A DNA stretch of 64,000 bases. It comes from Phallusia mammillata (Eukaryota). Positions 1 to 10,894 of the stretch are shown in pieces. Position 1 is the first letter of the stretch, and each line of letters starts with the position of its first letter. The notes below the pieces were generated by a model. The model saw only the letters and a list, made by a program, of their open reading frames with translations. It did no database searches and was not told where the DNA came from. The stretch spans positions 26,970,001 through 27,034,000 of the forward strand of contig OZ281496.1 in the NCBI GenBank assembly GCA_965637545.1. Reading direction: 5' to 3'. Made by a program: the position numbers and the translations under genes.

Positions 1-108
1 AAAGCCAGAAAAAATATGAAAGTTTAACATTAAGTTTGTATGTGTTCAAATTGCTCAACAGTTTACATATGAAAGAGTGGTTTGAATACATGCTACATGA
101 AAAATTAC

Positions 109-1660
109 CACATTGCGTTCCACTTCCTGTGTAGTTTGCTTTGCAAGAACACTGGAAACTACCCGCTGTGTTGGTACAAGTTGCGTGTTGATGACAGTTA
201 TGTGTTCCACTAGTACATTCATTGATGTCTGTACAAATCCACTTCCAAGTTTGAGTGTTTAACCTACGTGGTAGGTACAAATTGAAATGCTTACCGATTT
301 GGCAGTCTTCGCCCGTGAAACCGACAGAACAGAAGCAAAATCGTTGGTTCATTCCGGACTGACAATTGCCTTCGTTTAAACAGCTTTTTGATGCGCAAAA
401 ATCTTCATCTAAAATTGATGTAACATTGCGGTTAGATTTGTTTTGTTTTGCAGCAGTTGCCAACAGCAATGTTTTAAGGACATAGCAGATGTTTTGGAAC
501 TTTCCACCTTTTTCTGTTTACTTGTTTCGTCTATGTTAGATATTTAAGTGCATTTTTTAACCTTTTGGGTTTTCACTGCGAATTGGGTATTCACTGCTGG
601 CCGAGAAGGTAGTTAATTTACTGCAAAATGTTCACCTAACAGGAATATGGCCTAAAACCGCTGGAAGTTTACTGTACTAAAAATGCTACATAAAATGTAA
701 GCATACTTTGGTGAATTATGCTACTATATAGAAAGCATTTAAGTAGCAATATAAAACTTACTGGTGAAACTAAACGCGTTTTTCGAAAATCCACAAGATT
801 TGCTGTGGACCCCATGATTTGTTGAACCTCGAAATGAAGATTGAGATTGTGTTGAGTAAAACCTCACGTGTCCACCCTCCGCTGAATTAACTACGATTGG
901 ACGATTTGTTTGTGGAAACAAGCAAAAACTGAATGACCACTTACCACTTAAAACCCCGGCGTGGATAGCAGCCGCACACACAGACGAATTGCTATTGTAC
1001 AAATTTATCCCACACACGTAGTTCGAACCACAACCAGAAGGACAATCAACATCAGTCACAGAAGACTCTGTGTTTCCCTTTGTGCTGCATTTCACTGAAT
1101 CAATGTTCTAAAATGTTACGTATCTGTTTACTGCAAATGCTTTGAAATGTTTTACTTTGAAACGAGTAGGTTTCGGTAGCAGTCCGGCATGATTTGCTTG
1201 CGACGCCAAATCTCTCAGATTTACTGTATTTGGGAAGAGGATCACTTTTAAACACTTCAAAATATCCACCCAAATCTGAAAAATTACACAAATAACAAGA
1301 CAAGAAAACCCGAACTCCGACAAAACTTGCATAACTGCATCCTATAATAAGAGCCAACTTACTGTCCACCAGTCCAGCATGCATCGCAGCAAGACACAGA
1401 GGACCTCTGGCGTAGTCGTCAGTCCCACATAAATCTGAATGTTGCATCCAACAGCCGCCGGGACAAATCACTTTTGTGACCGAGTGTTTTAAATCCGACA
1501 GTTTTGTATCACATGTGGCTAGATAAAACAAACAAGATTATGATTTAGCTAGTTTCGGTAAATCGTTTTCACACAAGAATTAGTTACCTTCCATTGCTTC
1601 ACAAGTTTGCAAGACAGCCATGACGGTGAAGTAGAGTCTCAAAGAATTTAATAACAACAT
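109..1660 (-). CDS. Secreted LCCL-LCCL-EGF-cbEGF protein; 3' part continues beyond the left edge of the window
   Basis: ATG at 1660 opens a hydrophobic signal-like exon (MLLLNSLRLYFTVMAVLQTCEAME, 1660-1588). Phase-1 GT-AG exons encode two LCCL repeats (CPGGC...CGTDDY...LCLAAMHAG at 1518-1363 and 1275-1132; CPSGC...CGINLYNSNSSVCAAAIHAG from 1094). An EGF exon (408-295, FCASKSCLNEGNCQSGMNQRFCFCSVGFTGEDCQ) and a Ca-binding EGF exon (228-109, DINECTSGTHNCHQHATCTNTAGSFQCSC) follow. Splicing between about 760 and 410 is unresolved. Confidence 0.85.
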
Positions 1661-3034
1661 TGTAGGTCTATAATTTTAACTTAGGAATGAAATATTGGTG
1701 GCCTAAAACTTTGCAACAATGAAATCCCAAGTTATAATTTACCTCTTTCTGTTTTGTTTATGCTGTCAGACTGCCTATGCATTCATCGCTAATGAATTTC
1801 AACCGAACTATTTGCTATACGTTTTGTTTAGCCTACAATATACACAAAGGATCCAACTGTACAAACTAAACCCTTGTACCGATACTCGAAAATGTTATTA
1901 AAAGCGTAATTTCACTTCGTGTCGTAAACTCATGCGCTGACTGGTCTAAACAGACAGGAAACTTGGATGACATCACAACATCAACTGTATGTTGAAATCT
2001 TGATAGCTATTAGTGGAAATGACGCCCAATCTGGATACGATACTATACGCCTTCACAACACCCTGTATTGTTGCAACGAATTCGCACCAGAAATAGAATG
2101 GGAAAGTGTGACCAACAAGTATTAGGTGGTTTCCGTATAGTACCATACGGTCACATGGTCTAATTAAAGTAGCCTGTAAACTTTACGTGTCTAGACAAAC
2201 ACACAAGCTTTTAGAGTTCACTGAGCATTACAGTAGGATGTATATATATAAAGAATGTTTAACATCGAAAAAGGAACCTGGGGATTTTGATAAGAATCTG
2301 ACACAAATTCGACATGGCCTGGCAAAAGTATGAGTGCTTTTAAGCTGGAATAACTACCTCGCATTTTGTTTTCCAAAACTATTTTTACGATATTTTTAAG
2401 GAGTTGTCATTATGGTCATTTTTTTAAATTTAACAATATACCCATACCAAGGAGTTCATTTTGCTCTTAGATGTTTGCTTGTTTATCACTTCCACAACAA
2501 CATATTTTGGCGGTCAAACACACAAATCTATCATTAACCTGCCAAGCTTGATTTGTTACCAGATTTGCAAATGGTTCCAAATGTTTGTATCATGCAAATA
2601 ACGCGCAGGTATATACATGGCTTCAAGCGTCTACTGTTTTTCTCTTGAGGTAAACGTATTTTAATTTGTCGCAAGTATACAATACGAGTACACTAACAGT
2701 AATCTGGAACGTTGTGGTTCAAAGACTGTCTGTTCGATGGAAGGTGCCCTAGCTCACACTAAAGGTGATACAATTTTGAATTTAGTGAAGTTTTATTTTG
2801 CGTCTTCGATTAAACAACATTTCAACATAAATTAGAAGCATTACCGTTTGTTTGTTTTTTACTTTTTGTCGTTATCTGCCAAACAATAAAAACTATAGTA
2901 TTGCAGTAGATGGCTAAACTTTTGACGTCGAGTTTAAAATTTGCGTTTTAGTTTCGGTAATAATTGTTTACTTTGAAAGCATCGAGCCAATGTATGATAA
3001 GCTGCAGACGGTGCACACTGTTTCGACCTACAAG

Positions 3035-3214
3035 CAGTGGTGGGATTAAAATCTTTTGTCAGTCGGTTCTATCACAAAACTCTTATTTTTCAGCCGGTTC
3101 TGTTACAAAAAGTCCATTGACAGTAAGCAGTAATGCTAACCGGTTCGCTGATCTCATAAAATTTCGTGAGACGGTTCTATAGAACTGGTGCAAATCAGCT
3201 GAATCCCACCACTG
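3035..3214. mobile_element. hAT-type MITE, family A copy 1 (180 bp)
   Basis: 13-bp perfect TIR CAGTGGTGGGATT/AATCCCACCACTG. Perfect 8-bp TSD CCTACAAG at 3027-3034 and 3215-3222. No ORF. Confidence 0.92.
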
Positions 3215-3404
3215 CCTACAAGGTCTCATTAGTGTAGCAGGTGACGAGATATTGGCTGTAGGGGCTAATATAGCATTGCCGTAAGGCTTAGCTCGTGCTG
3301 CCAATCTTTCGTCACCAGCGGCCATCAATTGCTTACTTATTTACATAAAATATTTTTTTTTCTAAATTATATGATTGATTTACTCGATACAAGGTTCATA
3401 GAAA

Positions 3405-6400
3405 TCATATCGAGCTTCGGTTTCCGATCTTTGTGGGAGTGACGTCATGACCAAGTTTCCGGCCCAGTACCATGTATTTGCTGCGGAAATCCTCAACGTT
3501 CACATAAGCCGACTGAAAACAATGCGAAATAATATGTTCACAACGGCAATAAGAGAAGATATAATTATATTTGATAGTTTCAATGCGTTTCCTTAACATT
3601 AATAGTTATCGCCTGCAAATTCAGTATATCAAAATGGTTGATTCCTACTCATTCTTAACTCGTATTGATCAGGTAAAAAAACAGGTATATTTGTCAAAAC
3701 GTTTGGTGCGAACTTAGCATACTTGATATGTGATCCAAAGCTTTTTGATATGCAACAAGCATTTTAAATCCGCAATAAAACAAAAACTGCTCGCAGCTTG
3801 CTGTAGCCTATAACCCAAAACACATAAAGCATCGCTTAAACTACGCGAAAACCGAAAAGGGAAATATTCATAGGCATCCTGCCTTCAAAACATCAACAAA
3901 TTGCACCGCAGGCATTGCATAATAAATTCTTGATGAAAAACTGAACAAAACAAGGCGAGTATGCTAAAAGAGACAAGCAGCTCGCGTAGTGGCTTGGACA
4001 AGCAACTCAGAGACGAATCTATTGCAGAAGTGCTGGCGATTGCCCATGCTGAAGGTAGAAAATTATTAGAAACGGCAACAGAACGAGAAAAAACTGTTTC
4101 CGCTGCGAGGCAAACAGCGGCAAGTAAGAAGAATGAAAGACAAGGACCTTCCATACCTTCCATGCAAAGCGTTGAATCGGCAAGGCATGACCCAAATACC
4201 GGTAAGATATTAAAATAACTTCTAAGTGACCTAGCTTGTGCCATTTACAAAGTTGTCTTAAATAATTAATTTGTACACCGCTAGCGGCATAGTATAATTT
4301 AATAAACGCAAAGCCATGTTTGTTTTGTTTCAGTCTATTTGAGTATGATATAGTGTAAGTTTGCTTACTGCCAGTTGATCATTAAAATTATAACAGACTA
4401 ACGCGTTATAATAAATGTCATGTTTTCAAACTATGCCCCAAACTATATAGCTTTTCATTTAAGTGCCTTTTACAAGTTGTCCTTAAGTACGCAAAATGGT
4501 GACGATGGCTATTATGAAATATTGCAACACAAATCATCCTGAAGTGTTGATCTCAATCCCCGGCGTCGGTAACGTGTTTTGTGAGGAGTTGTTTCGCAAA
4601 TATTTGATCATCGGACTGACAAACACGTAAACCTTGTCAAATGTACATCTCCGCCTACGCGACCCTGAAATAGGTGGTTGCGCGCGGCACAATCTTACAT
4701 GATTACCAAGAAAGTCCGACTAATACATTACGTTATGTCATTAAATAAGAAAACATTTATAATCTGTTAAAGTTAATTTTGACAAAAGTTCCAAAATTAA
4801 AAAGCTACATTTGATTTCAATTAAAAAACAGTTCCTTTTTTAAATTGCTGTAAGCGTGTTTGCAAATCATGCAAGGCCTTTAACAGACAATTTATACGCG
4901 GCTGCACACACGTTACTTGTGCGTGTACAACGACACTGTCTGTGTAGACCACGCATATCCGCCATAACATGCATTCAGTGTCATTTGACCACATTATTTG
5001 CCTGATAAAACCCTAAACAGCAGCCCCACTAACATCAAACGATCAACTTATTGAAGCTATAGCAAAGTCTAGCACCACGATGGACGGCAACGACGACGGA
5101 CAAGGCACAAGTGGACAACAGCAAGGAGACAAAAACATTTTGACTGTTGCTGTTGAAAAAGTTGGATCGTTCTTTTCGTCAGTGGGCAAAGGAGTCAAAA
5201 CTGCCGTTGATTCAGCAACTGGTGTTTTTCAAAACAAAGAAGAAAGTGGTGGTACAGAGGAAAGTGGTGGTAAAAAGGAAGCTAAAAAGACTGAAGAAGT
5301 CGTCGAAAACGCTTCTTAGTGACATGTAGATATGTTTATAGTGTTACGCTTTTCTGCTTTGTGTGTTTGTCAGTGATACGCAGTATAATAAACTAGGTAA
5401 ATTTGTGGTTACAAATAGCTGTTTCGAACAGTAAAAATACTTGTGTAGCGTTAGACGGGCAAATCGGCTTGGATGTAGATATAAAAAGAAATACTTTTAT
5501 TAATTTTCTGTTCTTCGGTGGACTAAGGATATGTTATAATTTTGTCTTGGCTACAAATTAGGGCCTTCACGTAGAAAACAAAACAAATAAACGAGTTCAA
5601 ACAAGCTTTGGATCAGACTTATAGACGAAATTGACGAAAAGCACAAAAGGCGTTATATCAACCTACATTGTTAATGTTACATTTAATTTGTGTGAAAATA
5701 CTTAGGCTTATACCTGTAGCAATCTCGTACCGCCGTGAGGCACAAATGCTTCCCGGCCATGCGCTACACGTCTGTTGTTGAAAACCAACATATCTCCTGG
5801 AACCATGCGGTGTGTGAACTGCGGAAGAAATAACACTGATAAGCAATATTATATGCACTCACGTGTACCGAAAAAAGCTTATCAATTAGATTTGTTTCCT
5901 GAGTTAGATTCTCATATTGCCATTAGGTTGGCATGAAACGTAGGCATTTTGTCAATATAAGTTACGCAGTCGAGTCAAATAGCGCGTTAAATTTACGATT
6001 TTACCCGTAATTCAGGCCTTGTAATAATCTTCCATAGCTTCTTATGTGCGTTGTAGAATGGCATTACACAATTTTCCCTGACACGCAGTGTAGCATCCAG
6101 TCCAGTGTTGAAATGTACAGCTACAATCTGTTTTTATGAAGAAAAAAAACGGCCTCAAATAAAAACAAATGCAAATTTAACAGATACAAGTGTCTTAAAA
6201 AGCTTCGGTTGGGCTTCAACGCCACTAAAAGGCATAGAGATATGATTTGGAGATAATTCACCAGAGGCATAAATACAATTCTTTCGAATAACGTGTGGTC
6301 GAATTGTCAGTAAGCAATTAAGCTTTTGTGTTTCTTAAACTCGTCAAGCAGTACCAAACAGAATTTTCGTTTCACCATACACTTTGCGGCCAACAACACT

Positions 6401-9400
6401 AAGGTGAAAGTTAATGTACGACTTCATTGGGTTAAGGTTATGGTTAACTTTTGTGACAAATAAAAAATATTTCAGCTTTCAAACGGTGTCATGCACGCCT
6501 GCAATTCGTCATCGAGTACTAGAACACTAGATATGTTTGCATTTTTAAAATAGGGAATATTTTGCGGCACATTTTGGAAATTTCTAGCGGCATTCTAGTG
6601 TACCCAGACACAGTTAAAGAATCACTGTTTCAAACAAATAGTCGGGGAAAACAGGCAGGTTACGAATGACCAGATAAAAAAAGTTTAACAGGTAAGGCTA
6701 TTATACATTGGAGTAGAGTAGATGATTGGACACTTTGCACAATGCACTGATCAGTGTTTTAATCAATTATTCTTACTACCAATTTTACTGACCTGACAAG
6801 GCAAAGTTTATCAGGCACAAACACAGAAAAGCCAAAGTTCGTACATATTGCTTCGCAGGCACACTACCAGTGCTAATAGGGATTCGTAACAATCATTAAC
6901 CTGGTCATCATAGTCGACTTCAATCACCGGCTTTCGAGTTTCGTAATATGCCGGATTTTGCCTTTTATAGTCGATTGTTGCGAAAGTGCAAGGAACCCTT
7001 GTAAGTACGCGAAAATCATCGGGAGATTCTTGTCGAAGAATTTCGGCTGCTTGGAACATGTCGGCCACAATTGATTCGCCTCCTTCTATACATTCATCAA
7101 ACCTGAATAAATCATACTGTACTAAAAGCTGTTGCTTACTGACCATACTGTTGTACGGTTGTTATATACTATAAATATGGTTACCAGTTTGAACCCGAAT
7201 GCCCAAACCAAAGCATTTAACACAAAGCCTGTTCACGACAGGAAAGTTGGTGAAATTACATGACAAACAAGCGTGAAGTTTGAATTAAAACCAATGTTTG
7301 CGCTCGAGCTGCTGCAGGCAAATAGCCGTCTTTTCCCGAAATTATAAATGAGCGTTTGCCATGCCCGGCCGTGGACACAATGCAGTTAAAAAACGACACG
7401 AAGAATGCGATAACCCAGCTGAACAGAGGGTTTACGCACACCCCAGTTCGCTGCATGGGCTAAGCGACATGTAACATTTGCTTTTATTTAAAAAAAAAAT
7501 TACTACGATAAGGTACATTCCCGTGTGCTATGGTTTTTCAATTAAAATGTAGCCATTTTAGTGCCAATGTTTTGTTTTCTCTCAAACTTCACACCAATCA
7601 CGTCATTTCGCCGCCAAGCAAAAACACCTGTTCTTTTTTTGTGTTTTTGCCTACAAATTCACTATCTGCTCGCCTATACGCTAATTGAATCGTAAGTGTG
7701 TAATATAGACCGGTTGGGGCGCCTTGCATATGTGCAGATGTAAGTCGCATCCGTCCATGAAAAGTCTTCAGCTGATACATATGGAATGCAAAGTCGCAAA
7801 AAAACTTATATTTTGGTGTTTATAAAACAAAGGGGAAACAGATTAAGTGAGTAAAGATTGCATCCTTGTTAAATATTGGCCAAGTATTAATAATTATCAC
7901 GAGTAAGGCTTGGCGTGACATATTATGAGCCTAGATAAATATACTTTGGCTTTCTTTCCACACAGTGGCGTCAAGTTATTTACATTTAATTCAGGTTTGT
8001 GAACTTTAGCCTATTAAAATAGATTTACTAGAATGCTACCGATTAAAAAAAATTTTGCCATTCATTTACAAATGTAGTTTTTGGGCGATTGTTTGCAATG
8101 TGTCCAGTAACACATTTTGTGCATTTGTATCATGAAAACATCAGTTTTCTGTACAAAAAAATAAAAGGTAAGTATACACAAACTAGCGAATACTTCAAAA
8201 AGCGAACAGTTGGCGGGGCTAAAGCGACATACTATCCCCCCAAAAAAACGTAATACGACGAAATAAACGAATTTTGCAAACACGTGACTGGGTTTAAAAC
8301 CGGGTAAGTGAATCGTTTGTGCGTTGGACGCCCAACATGTACTAAATATAAAGTCAAATATTACAAATGTACTTACTGCAAGCATTGAAAAAACTGCACA
8401 CCAAGCTCAGACTCGTAGTGCGCTTGATCTGTGTGAAATGTTAGGTATTCCCGTGTGTTCGTTACACTGTCTTTCACCCCTTTATCATGTATCATGAATT
8501 TCTGGTAATCGATAAAAATAGGATTCACTTAACATTGGCAAATACCACAAGTGGTAAAATATGTGGTAAGTACCACAAACACATTGGTTGGATTTTATAT
8601 GTTATTCAAATTCATCAACGACATTTACTGAGGATTGCCAAGCAGCTGTTATTCAACAGTATGCAAATAGACTTTTACATGTAAACAAGAACTGGACACT
8701 TACCCTTCCGTATGTGGAATCAACCAATGGTCCGATTGTAACAGCAAACTAAAAAAAAACATAACAGTTTGAATAATGAACATGATTTTGTTCTGCCTGT
8801 TCGTTGCATTGACGTTCACAAAATCCTCTTTAAAGAGTTGTATGCCGTGGTGAGTCTCACGAAATTTTATGATCAGCGAAACCGGTTAGCATTACTGGTT
8901 ACTGTCAATGGACATTTTGTAACAGAACCGGCTGAAAAATATGACTTTTGTGATAGAACCGGCTGACAAAAAATTGAAATACCGCCACTGGTTGTATGAC
9001 CAAATTGAATAAGTCAATTGAAAGAAACAATAAGGTCTCGAATTCATAACGTGAAAGTGAGTAACAAAATCTAATAACATTAATGTTGTCCATGCTCCAA
9101 CAAAACTATATAGAATGAAGAATGTTTAATTAACCGTTTGATGAACTGTAAAGCGTGCCTGAACGAATGTATTTGCTATAATGAATGTAAATTTTGTACC
9201 TCCTCAAGAAACTCCTCGTCTGTGGGTACACCACGCAGATAGCATATCCCAACCTCCATGACAGCTTTCAAAACCCTGCAAAAAAGATAAAGCAATCAAT
9301 TCAACGTACGTAGATTGGCAAGGCGTTTATGAAAATTGTGGTTTGAGAGCAAATACGTTAACGGAAAGGCATATTCATTTGGTTTTTTTAAACGTTCCTT

Positions 9401-10511
9401 TATAGCCATTGGTAAAACAAACTTAAATTAACGCACTATAAAGAAGAACACATATTATAATCACTGACGAAGTGAAAAGGGACACTCCTTTGTTTAATCT
9501 TTGGTGTCGATTACCAATTAAAGGTAGTCTACTTAAGTTTCCAAGCCGTTCAAAATCTGAGAAAACTCTTGCTCCTATATGCACAAACACATTACAATAG
9601 CCTACATTCTTCTCGGCGTGTATTCGGAAGGTATTTGAGTAAACACTTACTTAAATAGGCCTCCATCCGTACCCTTTACAGTACTGTAGTCGAGTGGTTG
9701 GAGTTTAAATTCTCCTGGTTTTATGAAATGCATTTTGCGATCGTCAATTAGTTTGTGAAGGCATCTATCGCAGTAGCAGTTTCGTCTCAGAAAAGCAAGA
9801 GGAAGAACTGTGTTGTGGTTAGCACACACTTCCCCATTAAATTCCACATAAAGCTGGTCTAATTGAAACAAGATATGTTATAAATGTACTAAAACTGAGC
9901 CAAGTCCCGTTTTACCGCAGTCGTTAAGTACAATTTTAGAAAAATTAGCTGTCAAAATGCAAACACCGTAAATTGACACCCTCAAATTCACGCTTGGCCA
10001 AAAGAAATGAATAGAAATTAAATTAAGCTTGAAACTAACCTTCATCTTTGTTGACTTTTGCATCAATTATTGGGAAGTCGTCAGGAAACAGACTGCAGTT
10101 AATTCGTTGTTGTCCCACGATAAAGCGATAGCAATTGTTGCAATGACAGTTGAACCGAAGCCACTTGTTGTGAAACCTAACACATACCAAACTACAACAG
10201 ACAAGCCATTCGACTTTACACAAAGGTTGAAAGTGTTTGCCTTACCTACTGCCATGACCATCTTTCCATAGGACCTCAATTTGGTCCTTTGCGTAGGATA
10301 TTCGAACGCTTTCTACCCTAGCTTTTTCGTCCATTGCAACTAGTAGTTTCACAAAACTGTCTGTGCTGCAGCTAATTGTACAAGGTTAGGTACGTTACAT
10401 ACTCTGTGCCGCCGATACGCCGCAAAGGCGTAACCGGCCGAACCTTTTTCTCTGGACTTTGCAAAAGCGCAATGCGGATGTGTGTGCTAACGCTCGGAGC
10501 CTCAAATGCAT
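3405..10511 (-). CDS. BBOX1-like: Gamma-butyrobetaine dioxygenase-like (BBOX1/TMLHE family) Fe(II)/2-oxoglutarate dioxygenase, 11 exons, probable mitochondrial presequence
   Basis: Hand-spliced in-frame exons: 10511-10399, ~10369-10254, ~10186-10039, ~9861-9651, ~9275-9200, ~8748-8704, 8501-8377, 7102-6901, 6127-6005, 5818-5714, 3512-3405. Motifs: EVLWKDGHGS, WLRFNCHCNNC (Zn site), FHTD (Fe H-x-D), GVQFFQCLQFDECIEGGES, NNRRVAHGR (third Fe ligand plus 2OG Arg), TRLLQSAYVNVEDFRSK. Confidence 0.9.
3961..4218 (+). CDS. Candidate small nested gene (85 aa, charged and helical) inside the last intron of the BBOX-like gene
   Basis: ORF with protein-like composition (MLKETSSSRSGLDKQLRDESIAEVLAIAHAEGRKLLETATEREK...) and AATAAA about 80 nt after the stop. 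No recognised domain; the 5' end is uncertain. Confidence 0.4.
   Translation: MLKETSSSRSGLDKQLRDESIAEVLAIAHAEGRKLLETATEREKTVSAARQTAASKKNERQGPSIPSMQSVESARHDPNTGKILK
5080..5319 (+). CDS. Candidate intronless nested gene (79 aa, hydrophilic with a central amphipathic segment) inside the last intron of the BBOX-like gene
   Basis: Good start context (CACCACG-ATG-G) and strongly biased G/E/K/S composition. AATAAA lies about 65 nt after the stop, and the flanks are much more AT-rich. Confidence 0.65.
   Translation: MDGNDDGQGTSGQQQGDKNILTVAVEKVGSFFSSVGKGVKTAVDSATGVFQNKEESGGTEESGGKKEAKKTEEVVENAS
8845..8990. mobile_element. hAT-type MITE, family A copy 2 (146 bp, inverted relative to copy 1, internally deleted)
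   Basis: The reverse complement aligns with about 3035-3172. Degenerate TIRs CCGTGGTGAG.../...AATACCGCCACTG. Perfect 8-bp TSD GTTGTATG at 8837-8844 and 8991-8998. Confidence 0.85.
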
Positions 10512-10894
10512 GTTGATATTGGCACATAGGCGAACGTTATCACGCACGAAGCCCGCCAGCGCGCGATATTCAGAATACGGGCATTATGTAATAGGAATAA
10601 TACAAAGCATTCTCAAGTCATATGTGCTTAATGTGTATGTCTTTTAACTGATAAACCCATGTGGAAACTTCACTTTGTCTGATATTTACCAAACACACCA
10701 CCAGCATACTTTAGATAACACATAGCATTAGCTAGCAATACTAGATGCACAATTCACAAATCAATAAGAAGCCCAAAGTTTGCCATTTTCACAGAAGACC
10801 AAAACAATTTTAGACAGAAGAACATAATAAGTTCTCCAAACAAACTTGGGTCAGGAAGTTGCATACTATCTAAGAGGTTTAATATAATTGATTA

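Noticed and set aside
1967-2125. 52-codon plus-strand ORF MTSQHQLYVEIL...
   Set aside because: No motif, no convincing partner exons, and a length within chance expectation.
3885-4244. 119-aa minus-strand ORF
   Set aside because: It is the antisense shadow of the more protein-like plus ORF at 3961-4218.
7250-8310. Several plus-strand GTAAGT donors inside the long BBOX intron, suggesting another nested gene
   Set aside because: I could not assemble stop-free, phase-compatible exons. At most this is a decayed remnant.
8062-8385. 107-aa ORF ending W..C....YIC, reminiscent of a C-type lectin
   Set aside because: It starts by reading through a BBOX donor site into the intron, lacks the other lectin motifs and has intron-like composition.
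9647-9871. Apparent full tandem duplication of the BBOX N-terminal domain
   Set aside because: This exon splices directly (AA|G) into VLKAVMEVGICYLRGVP of the catalytic domain and aligns with the normal linker. Only the extra Cys motif is unusual, not a whole second domain.
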